From: Monocercomonoides exilis PA203
Lineage: Eukaryota; Protista; Preaxostyla
Direction: 5' to 3'
Length of the DNA stretch: 64,000 nucleotides
Assembly: GCA_001643675.2 (NCBI GenBank)
Contig: LSRY02000040.1
Span: 434,001-498,000, forward strand
Shown: positions 54,101-64,000 of the stretch, in pieces
Numbering within the stretch: the stretch's first letter is position 1
How the letters are laid out: every line of letters starts with the position of its first letter
Position numbers and translations under genes: made by a program
The notes under the pieces: generated by a model
Told to the model about the DNA's origin: nothing
Databases searched by the model: none
The model's input: only the letters and a program-made list of their open reading frames with translations

Positions 54101-55709
54101 ATGAAAACTCGACTTCCTTGTTCTTTCATCTCAAGTGAGCACACGAATTCAACAAAGAGAGACGATTGAAAGGAATAGGCAATAATCAATAGAGGAAGTT
54201 CCCCTGATAAAGATGCTTGATGAAAAGGATGAAGAAAAGATGATAGTGAAACAGAGAGAAGAAAATGAAGAGGAGGATTCTTTCCAGATGATTTTCATCC
54301 ACAACAGTTTCAGTCAGGTTATCGAGAAAGGAAACGAGCTTTCAGTCTTTTTCATGATTTTTGCGAAAGGGAGACGTTGAATGGAAGAACAATATTGAAA
54401 ACTTCCCACTCAAAGGAAGCTGAATGGAATGATTTAAGTGTGTTGCATTTTTCATTCAGCGGAAGACCGAAGAAGATGATTGAGGTACTTTTAGGGAGAG
54501 AAAGATGAAAAAAATAAAGAAGCTGTTTGTGACAAAATTCTTTTCGATGTTGAGGAAGATAGATTGTCTTTAATTTGGATGAAGTCCATGTTGGAGGAGC
54601 AGGGGAATTCTGGTTGTTGCACACAATAAATTGAAATTCACTGTTTGAGAAAGAGATGGAAGTGAAGATGGTGCGGAAGAGAAGTGAGAAAATAACACTT
54701 TCTATTTGATTGAATTCAACAAACAAAACAAATATTCTGAAATGGTTTCTGATGAGGAAGAAAAAGAAACGGAAGAGTGAAAGAAATAGCGAATTTTGAC
54801 TGGCACTTTCTTTGCTTTAGTCCACATATGTCTGTGCCTTGAACATCATCGTGAAGGCACTATCAATCTGAAAAATCATTATTTATTCAACTTTAATTCA
54901 AAAATAAAAATCAAATGAGAGTTATTCCAGATGTTATTCAATTCTGTCTTTTTTCCGCTTTTTCGCAATCGAAAAAATTCTTGAGTTCTCAGAACATAAC
55001 AATTATGAAAATTAGAAAACAACAATAACAAAATCAAATGTTGCACTTATTCACTCGTTATTAAAGCGTTTGTGCAACTTGTCTCTCAAAAACCCAATTC
55101 GAAATAAAAAAATGCACAATTTTTTATTCAATATTCCAAAACTTTTTATTCATATAAAATCAAATTGTTATTCTTTTTTTAAAAATTGTAAGAAATTAAT
55201 TGTTCACTGGCTGTACGCCGAAAAGTTATTTTGATATTCAATGTTGTAATAAATCGTTTAAAGGATGAGAAATTGGATTAATGAAAATATTTGTTTCAAT
55301 ATAACATAAAAATAAAACATTTAAAGATATGGCATATCGGCTATAGATCCATCTCGATTAAGATCAATCAATATTATCGATTTATGTGTATCTGGTGGTA
55401 GTTATCATCTTATGAAATAAGTTGGAATAGGCAATGATAATAAAATAGAGATCGAAGTTGTTGCTGATATTCTTAGGGGTTATCATGATTTGATTTTCAG
55501 TGAAGTTCAATAAAGATGGAGTTATTGATAAGTGCAATCGAGATATATCCATAGCTGACATACCATATCTCCAAGGAGAAGATTAGCTACAAGATTAACT
55601 GAAAGATTAACCGGAGTGTTGAAGATGGTGAATTAGTGTGAAAATTGGTATTATCGTTGATGAAAATTGCAAATGAAATTAATTGATTAAGTTTTTTGTT
55701 TTATAGTAA

Positions 55710-55934
55710 ATGGGTCGGAAGAAGATATACGCAACTGTGGAAGAAGCGAAAGCGGCTCAACAGAAACAAATTAAACAGTTTCAGGAAAAACGGAGAGAAG
55801 AAACTATGTATTACAACGAACATGTATCTGAAAAACAGAAGAAGTTAATTAAGATATTGAGAAGAAAGCTCATCGAAAGAGATGAGCTGTTCGATGAGAT
55901 GTTGGAAAAAGTTAATGAATATTTGCCTGCGTAA
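55710..55934 (+). CDS. Small basic helical protein in the left TIR (74 aa)
   Basis: MGRKKIYATVEEAKAAQQKQIKQF...; intact and near-identical at protein level to the right TIR copy despite several synonymous differences. Confidence 0.7.
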   Translation: MGRKKIYATVEEAKAAQQKQIKQFQEKRREETMYYNEHVSEKQKKLIKILRRKLIERDELFDEMLEKVNEYLPA

Positions 55935-56404
55935 TGTTAATTGAACGGTTAATGTGGAAATTGACAAATTATAACTTTTGACGAACGTTTGTTGTATCGT
56001 CACATGTATAAAACAGTTGTCACGATGGTATAATAGTCGATTGCCAACATCTACAATTTTTCACGAAAAAGTATGAATCTGTGGACAGGACACAGAATTG
56101 TGGCAATATCTGAGGCTCAGTTGAAGGGAAATATTAATTTATATCTACGTACTGGAAGCGTAGTCAGGTAGTCAAGTAGTCAGGATCTTTAAATTTCATC
56201 TGAAAAGATATGCCAACATACCATTTCTGCCAACATGTGTGTTTTACCCCCAATTTGTCATGATTTTGATGTATATTTGTTTTTCAATTAGTGTTGTCAT
56301 TTTGCCACATTACCACATGATATCGTTGATGGTGTATAACAGTTGGCACACATCAGTTGTATTGTTTTTGTTTAAATGATTCCAAGAAAACAAATATGTT
56401 TTGT

Positions 56405-58742
56405 TTATTTCCACAGAACAGTCCATGTCATCTTCATCTTCTAATTGTTTGAGGAGTTGTTCATACTCTGGCTTGAGTTTTTAACACCACACTTGGTTTC
56501 CTCTTCCACCTCCTCGTATTCTCTCACATCTGTCTTTAATTGCTTGTTGGAATGAGAGATCGTACTTGTATTCAACTGTTCTGAAACATAGTGCTTCAGA
56601 ACATCTCCACACTTCTTTGTGCTTATTGTAATGCTCTGGACAGAACACATCGATGACAGAGAGTGACGTTGCAATAATATCTTCTTTTGCTTCCGTTGTC
56701 GGAATAGCCCTTGTGTTGAAATTGGTGAGATCTTTGCTGATGAAATAACAGAGAAGTTGTTCATTGAATTCATTGTTGAAAAAGTTTGTGAAATCCTAAA
56801 AGAATGTGAGATTGTTCTTGTATTTTGAGTTTCAATCACAAACAACATATCTTCTGTCGCCAATCTCAATTTTAACTGGGTATGTGTGATTTGTCACAAA
56901 TATGAAATTAGCTACTCTCTCAGCTGTTCTTCTTGGCTGATTCTTCTCATTGATTCTGATTGTTGAATCCGTGATTATTCTCTTCAATGCATCAAAGTTA
57001 GCTGTTCGATCATCTCTAACATTCTTCAATTCGTCGAGTACAATCAGCATTTTCCCTTCGACGATGGAGTTGAACTGTCCTGTCAGTTCTTCAATCTCTG
57101 TGACATTTGGACACGAATATCCTGCCAACAGTTCAGTGAGTGCATTTGTCCAGACGTTCTTTCTTATTCCTTGCAAACCTTTGAGAACAAGTGACGTTTC
57201 TGCTTTTTTCCCAGGATTTTGAACAATTGACACAATCCAACAGAGGATATATTGATAGAGTTCTTCGTTGTTGTTAGCGATAACTTCTCGTGTGAAATCG
57301 AGGAATGGTTTGATGATTTCGTCATTTTGTTCGTTTTCCATTTCGTATTTGAACACATGGAACAGAGAGAATATTCGAGGGTTATCTGAGAAAAACTTCA
57401 TCTCATCGATCGATAGAACATGAGAGTATTATTCGAAAGCTGTCTCAACTGTGAGAGTCTTTTTGTCATCATGCCAGAGTTTTATTGTTTTGAACAGTTC
57501 GCACATTGCTGATATTGTCTTGAATGTTATCGAATAACAAGAGGTGTGAATGTCAGACTCTTTCACAATGAATTCCATCCTTGCTTCAACAAATCTTAAA
57601 ACTTTTGTGTGATCTTCAGCAACTTTAGACAGTGAGGAGTATTGTTTTCGATAAGCTTTTTCCCTGATTTCAGAGTACGAGAACGATGAGTTGAGATCTT
57701 CTTCATGAACAGTAATCTCTCGTGGAGGTTCTTCCTTTTGCTCATTCTCTTTTCTGAGGAATGGAATGATCACATCGCTGTCATTTGTTGAATTCCATCT
57801 CTTGACAATCTTTTGGAGAACATATGAATGTGACGTGTTATCTCTGGATCGGTTTCGTTTCTCTTCACAGTGAGTGATTGCATTTGCTGCAAGAGCAGCT
57901 GTCTCTTTGATTTGAGTGTTAAGAAAATCTTTCGATTCGTTGTCGAAACCATCAATGTTGACGAGAGAATTGAGAGCTGCAAATAACTGTAAAAGAGTTA
58001 ACTCAGAATCAAGTGACAAAGAACCTGTAACGTTATGAAAATCAACATCTTTGAGTCCATCAACAAGAGCAAGATCGACGGTTGGAGACAAATCAACGAT
58101 TCCATCTTGTGTGAGAAGATTGTGTGGTTCAGCTGCCATTGTCACCGATGAACTCTTTGTTTTGAGGTCAATACCGAAAATGTCAAGAACACTCTCAAGT
58201 GATGAAAGATCTCTGAGCTCTCTGTAATTGTTGAGGGGAATGCATTTGGTGATGATTCTCTTTCCATCTTTCATTTCTCTGTATGAAGAGTCAGCTTGAA
58301 CAACAAGCCTTTGTTTTCCATCTCCAATACCTGCAAAAATGTCGACATCGAACTCCTGACTCGCAAACACTTTGGTTTGAGACGAACATTTGAGAGGATA
58401 ATCACACAGCTCACAATAAATAAGAAGACCACCATGAGCTGTTTGCACAAGTCAGACGTTTCGGTGGAGTTTTTCGAGAATGGAATTCCTGATGGTTTTC
58501 GTTTGTTCATCTTGAAGGGATTTGTTGATGTCAACATCAACGACACAAAGATCCTCACATTTGCTGATATCGACAGCTGTTCCAGTGTGTCGTTTGTCCT
58601 GCTTCTTGTCAGAGTATTTCTTGAAGTCGAACAAATCAACAAAGTGATCTTTCATTCGTTCTCCCATCGTTTGCTGTTCTGTTGACATTGAATCAATTTG
58701 TTGTTGGATTACGTTGTCAGAGTCTGTTTGGGTGAATGCCAT
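56405..58742 (-). pseudogene. AEP prim-pol fused to D5-like superfamily 3 helicase, ~780 codons, five in-frame stops
   Basis: Single frame across ORFs 58452-58742, 57429-58448, 56832-57401 and beyond. AEP motifs LCVVDVD and VQTAHGGLLIY; Walker A LKGLQGIRKN, Walker B LIVLDE, motif C FIFVTN, Arg finger DRRY. Stops at 58452, 57429, 56832, 56796, 56481. The 3' end is approximate. Confidence 0.85.
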
Positions 58743-59023
58743 TTTATAAAAATTTAAAAAAAAACAAAATTATTTTGAAAAAGATTCATTTTTGAAACGT
58801 AAATTTACGGGAAATATGTTGTTGGGGTTTATGTCGAAAATAAACGACAACAGTTAATTTTCACAAACAATGTATTTTGCCCAATCTGCTCACTTTGACA
58901 GATTGCCCATATATTTTGGAGAATGAAATTGACCTATTCCACACTGTGCACACTGTGCAGATGTTAAAGCACAGAGATTTAATTCAATATTTCCACACCA
59001 CAGCATCATAATTATCTGCCCAG

Positions 59024-59254
59024 TCAACCCTGTGCAGGCAAATAACCATTAACTTTTTCCATCAACTCATCTAACAACTCATCATTTTCGATAAGCTTTC
59101 TCCTCAATATCTTAATCAACTTCTTCTGTTTTTCAGATACATGTTCGTTGTAATACTTAGTTTCTTCCTTTCGTTTTTCCTGAAACTGTTTAATTTGTTT
59201 CTGTTGAGCCGCTTTCGCTTCTTCCACAGTTGCGTATATCTTCTTCCGACCCAT
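59024..59254 (-). CDS. Small basic helical protein in the right TIR (76 aa)
   Basis: Inverted paralog of 55710-55934; intact. Confidence 0.7.
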   Translation of the reverse strand: MGRKKIYATVEEAKAAQQKQIKQFQEKRKEETKYYNEHVSEKQKKLIKILRRKLIENDELLDELMEKVNGYLPAQG

Positions 59255-60162
59255 TAACTATAAAATATAAAACAAAATCAATTATTTTTTATTTGCGATA
59301 ACACCAACGATAACACCAACACATTCAACACATGTTCAACACATATCACATTCAACATACAACACATGTTCGCATTAATTCACCATCTTCAACACTTTCA
59401 GCTAATCTTTTAGCTAATTCTTCTCCTTGGAGATATGGTATATCAGCTATAGATATATCTTGATTTCACTTATCAATAACTCCATCTTTATTGAACTTCA
59501 CTGAAAATCAAATCATGATAACCCCTAAGAATATCAGCAACAACTTCGATCTCTATTTTATTATCATTGCCTATTCCAACTTATTTCATAAGATGATAAC
59601 TACCACCAGATACACATAAATCGATAATATTGATTGATCTTAATCGAGATGGATCTATAGCCGATATGCCATATCTCTTCTTTTTCTCAGTATTTTCATA
59701 ATCCTCGAAATGTGATAATTATTATAAGAATTTGTGAAATACTGTAGAAGAATGCATCATTTTCTTGAAGGATATATAAGCATAGAAATGATTTCAGAAC
59801 AACAATATTTTACAAATTAAAAGTTCAGAAAATGTCTTAACGATTTTTTTAATTGAAATTATATATTTTTGAATTGTGAGAATTTTTTTTTGAAATTATA
59901 TTTTCTCAAGCAGAAAGTTTAATTTGAAAATTCTCTTTGAATGTCAACATGAAAACACTAAAAAATGAAAAGATTTATTCAAAATATCTTCATTTTCACT
60001 TCAACAAAAACATTAATTTTTGAAGCGATTTCGAAAATGATGGCATTTGAATACATAATCTCTTCCCTATGGCATGCAACCTTCGATAAATCAACATTCC
60101 GAAAAAAGTTATGATTTCGAAAAAAACCTCCCATTCAAATAATTCGAAAATATTTTATTGTG

Positions 60163-61139
60163 CTATCCATTTTCCTCTGACCTCTTTTTCACCACCGACC
60201 TTTTTTCATGTGAATCTTGCTCCAGCTTAATACGAGCTCGCAGCCAACGAAAAATGACGAGAAATGTTTATTTTAATAAATTTTACAATGAAGTTATAAT
60301 TTTTTAACGAATTTTTTTTCCCAAGAGATTTCCGTAATTTTAAATTTTATTTTTGATCATTAAATTGATAGTCTTTCCATGAGAATAACACTCTGGAAGT
60401 TGTAAGTTTCATCATCAGAGCTTGGAATATTCTTTTTATTGTTTTTATGACTTTTCACTTTTCACTTGTTTCTTTTTCACTTGTTTTCTCATTTCATCCA
60501 CTTTTCGAAATAATTAAAATATGAATTGGAATATAAACAATTGTTATATTTAATTAGCTGTATCTCATTTTTAAAATCATTATATTGTTGCACACTCATA
60601 TAATTTTTTGCCGAAAAAATGAAACTGGTTGGAAATATCAAAACTACTGAAATTGATGTTTTTCATTTTTCTATTTAAAATCAAATTTGTAAAACTTTTT
60701 TGTATACCAACATGATTAACATTTTAACATATATTAAGGATCATCTTATAATTTTTTACAAAAATTCATCATTCTTTAAAAATTTTAATTTTTTCGAAAA
60801 GTGGATGAAATGAGAAAACAAGTGAAAAAGAAACAAGTGAAAAGTGAAAAGTCATAAAAACAATAAAAAGAATATTCCAAGCTCTGATGATGAAACTTAC
60901 AACTTCCAGAGTGTTATTCTCATGGAAAGACTATCAATTTAATGATCAAAAATAAAATTTAAAATTACGGAAATCTCTTGGGAAAAAAAATTCGTTAAAA
61001 AATTATAACTTCATTGTAAAATTTATTAAAATAAACATTTCTCGTCATTTTTCGTTGGCTGCGAGCTCGTATTAAGCTGGAGCAAGATTCACATGAAAAA
61101 AGGTCGGTGGTGAAAAAGAGGTCAGAGGAAAATGGATAG
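60163..61139. mobile_element. Non-coding foldback/MITE-like element with ~358-bp TIRs
   Basis: 60163-60520 is the near-perfect reverse complement of 60782-61139; 261-bp AT-rich spacer; no ORF and no clear TSD. Confidence 0.85.
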
Positions 61140-61491
61140 TACAGAAAATGATTGTTTCTTCTACTTGAAAAACCTAAATTTGTTTGGGATTTGAAATTTC
61201 AACTGTTTCATGAAACTGAAACAAAAATGTTTTTTCAAAAGAGTTTTATATTTTGATATATAAAAAGTAAAAAACATTCAAAAAACATATTTGCAAAAAT
61301 TGCAATTTAGCAAATTTTACTTCTCAGAGTTTTTGAAAAAGAAACAAAGAAAAACGTGAAGTGACGCAAAATTGAAAGAAATTTAAACTTACTCGAAATA
61401 TTGATAAAAAATTAACAATTTCCAATTGTTTTTGAAAATTTGAAAATAAATCTAATTTCTTTCTATTTTTTAAAAAATGAATTGAAAGCTT

Positions 61492-62982
61492 TTAATTGTC
61501 ATCACTTTCTTCATCGTCTTCAGTATCCTCTTCTTCGCTATCTTCAATCTCTTCTTTTTCAACAGTAACATTTGAAGGCCCGCTGTCTCCAGAAACAACA
61601 GTTGGCTGAATAAAAACAAATATTCAACAACAACAAAAAAACAATAATAATAGTTTAAAGAAATAAAATTGAGAATTGATGAACGTAATAATCACCATTA
61701 ATCTTATTGACATGATATAAACAATATACCTCTTGCTTGACTTCAAGAATTCCTTCAACTGATTCAATTTTCTCTCTGATAACTTCAATTGCTAAAAAAA
61801 AAAAAAAAAAAAATAAAAAAAAGAAAAGGAGCAACACGCAAAAATAACCATAAATATTACAAAGACAGATATTATTTAGAAAATCATAATAACAATTGAC
61901 AGCAAAATCATAAATTACAAAATGAAAACAAACACAAAAGCACGCACAAAAAAATTATTTATTTATCCTTTTTTCCCCCTCATATGCAACATTTCATAAA
62001 TTCTGTTAAAATTTTGAATGCACACCTTGTCCGAGAGCATTTATTCCTCTTTCCTTATCCAAAACAGATGTCTCAATGGTGTAAATTGGAGTAGCTTTCA
62101 CTTTGCATTCAATTCGGATGTCATCGGTTTCATTAGGTGACTGTTCACCCGCTAACAACGCAGCTTTAATTCCCTGGACTCCTGATGGAGAGTCACATGT
62201 TAACTTTTATATTTTTAAATATTAAAGCAAAATGAAGATTCTCTTTTGTATATTTATGTAAATTAATTAAAAACATACGACAATCTCAGCACGAAGTTTA
62301 ATTGGCTGAGGATTCAGACGTCTCAGGATATTTTGCATCAGTTGTTCACGAACTTTTGGTTCAATCATCAAATCTCCAAACACGGAATCAGGATCTCTGA
62401 AAAATAAATGACATTATAACCATGAAAACAAAAACTTTGAGTTTTATTTAAACCTTAAAGCAACTTTGAAAGCATCGTATGCATGCCCATATTTCTTTGC
62501 TAATGGCCATGCAATATTTCTGTAAAGCAAATCAATATCAATTGATTGAGCTTGTGAAATTGCTTGCAAAATTGCGTGAACAGTCTTTGATTTCGTAAGA
62601 CGATCCATTGCACGTGCAATAAGTTTTGATTCAACTCTTCTTTTTGACAAATCAATGTATCCTTAATTTTGACGAATTTCAAGTAAATAATTAATAAAAA
62701 TATAAAAACATCAAAACACCACATTCTTTTTCGCAAACCCTTTTCATGGTCAACTCGCAGAACCATAACAACTTCTTGCTTTCCAACTCTTGTAACTTGT
62801 GCAATTGATTTAATTCTAGCAACACTCAATTCAGGTGTTGGAACAAATCCTTCTTTTCCACCATATTCTATCAACTTACAATATACACCCATTTCATCAA
62901 GTCTAGAGACTTGCACAACCACTTGCTCCCCAACATTCGGAAGAGGATTTTCGTAGTATCTGTGAGTAATACGATCTGACAT
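61492..62982 (-). CDS. EIF2S1: Translation initiation factor eIF2 alpha subunit (6 exons)
   Basis: RYYENPLP, GVYCKLIEYGGKEG, VMVLRVDHEKG|YIDLSKRRV, IAWPLAKKYGHAYDAFK, LNPQPIKLRAEI and acidic tail; five GT-AG introns keep frame. Confidence 0.95.
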
Positions 62983-63167
62983 CTTTTTTATAAAAGATCA
63001 ATAAATATAAATTTATAATTATTTTAGGATCAATATTTTTTTGTTTGTTTTTCTTGTAACAATTGAATTTATATGAAATTCATTTTCATAACAGAAATGA
63101 ATATATATAAAAAAAACAAACCCTTAAGATAGTTTTGATTCTCTTTTAGTGCCTTTTTTTTGTTGTA
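62983..63167. promoter_or_regulatory. Putative compact bidirectional promoter between eIF2-alpha and CLEC16A
   Basis: Only 185 bp of AT-rich DNA between divergent start codons. Confidence 0.55.
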
Positions 63168-64000
63168 ATGAGTCTTAGCCTAACAGCAAGGCGGTTAAGA
63201 GATTTGCATGATACATGCTCATCTGTTTTGCGTGTTGTTCGTTTGGCAAGGCCTTATGATAATTCTGTAATTGGAGAAATGATTCGTGTTGTTCATTTGA
63301 TGCTGTTACTGGATAAAGCTGGTATTGATCCACACGATGCGTATGATTTCAATTTAAAGTTCATTGTCATATATTATTAATGTTAAACAAATTTTTTAAG
63401 AGAACATTCTCGACCTTTTCAAGAATTTTTACCTTCTCTTGCTTCTTTTTACTCTGAAATTTTGCGTTCAGAGAGCCCATTAGAAATGAGAGCTGAAGTC
63501 TATTCTTCGCTTAGTACTATTAGCTTAAATCTAAAAAATCCAGCAAATGTATCAGCATTTATGTCAAATAGAGTGATTCATTCATTACTTGACATTCCTG
63601 TTGATTACACGAACAACGAACTGTTATCTTATTATATTTCTACCTTACGATCATTAGCTTCTCGAATGGATATGACAAATTATCACTATTTTTTTAGAAG
63701 GATTGTTTGAGCTTAGATATTCTTTGAAATTTTTCTTTTAAAAGTCTGAGTTTCTTTATATTTTTAAGAATGGAAAGCTAGAAATGCCTATTTTTATATA
63801 TGCCGTTAAGTATTTTACCAATCCAGACAATCTCATTAAAACAGCCTGCCGTTCCATCATATTGACAATTCTAAAAGTGAAAGCACAACCGATTTTGGAG
63901 TATGCTGCAGACATGGATAATCCATTCCTGCACCACTTCACGGTCTATCTGATGGCGCTCTGCTATGACATTGCGAAGGCCAGCAGCACGACAGCCGCAG
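63168..64000 (+). CDS. CLEC16A: CLEC16A/TT9/GOP-1 family protein (FPL domain), 5' part, runs off the window
   Basis: AFMSNRVIHSLL...NELLSYYISTLRSLASRM...YFF, then MPIFIYAVKYFTNPDNLIKTACRSIILTILKV match the FPL domain pattern; two GT-AG introns. Confidence 0.8.

Larger units (their letters stand above)
55325..59676. mobile_element. 4.35-kb TIR-bounded element encoding a primase-polymerase/SF3 helicase (Polinton/transpoviron-like minimal replicon)
   Basis: Termini AGATATGGC...GCCATATCT; TIRs 55325-~55930 and ~59027-59676 with the outer ~210 bp identical; one long internal gene; no TSD seen. Confidence 0.9.

Noticed and set aside
56405-58742. Alternative genetic code (TAA/TAG = Gln, as in some oxymonads) explaining the in-frame stops
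   Set aside because: Two of the five stops are TGA, catalytic motifs are also mutated, and host genes here terminate at TAA (e.g. 7460, 37507, 61492).
55310-59690. Canonical Polinton or Kolobok/piggyBac call
   Set aside because: Flanks (catttaa / cttcttt) show no 6-bp or TTAA duplication, and no integrase, pPolB, capsid or DDE transposase is encoded.

Overview
AT-rich, intron-rich eukaryotic DNA using the standard genetic code. Gene style (short GT-AG introns, long poly-Ser/poly-Glu tracts, a large lineage-specific paralog family) suggests an oxymonad such as Monocercomonoides; this is inference. Recognisable genes: FAM76 zinc-finger protein, a giant IQ-DH-PH RhoGEF (probably spliced to the adjacent 803-aa ORF), TEX47/DYBLUF-like flagellar protein, eIF2-alpha with a divergent Ser51 loop, and the 5' part of CLEC16A. 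Six copies of an unknown three-exon ~430-470-aa family alternate in orientation, and there is an intronless protein of eleven exact 30-aa repeats. The accessory DNA is rich in long inverted repeats: a nested Merlin (IS1595-like) transposon complex at 18.3-22.8 kb, a 165-bp-arm palindrome at 44 kb and a ~1-kb foldback element at 60-61 kb. The most unusual object is a 4.35-kb element (55325-59676) with ~600-bp terminal inverted repeats. Each repeat carries a small basic ORF and a terminal stem-loop, and they enclose a single nonsense-disrupted primase-polymerase/D5-type SF3 helicase gene with no integrase, transposase, capsid or obvious target-site duplication. It is a candidate minimal self-replicating linear DNA element. 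All calls are by eye; no database search was run.
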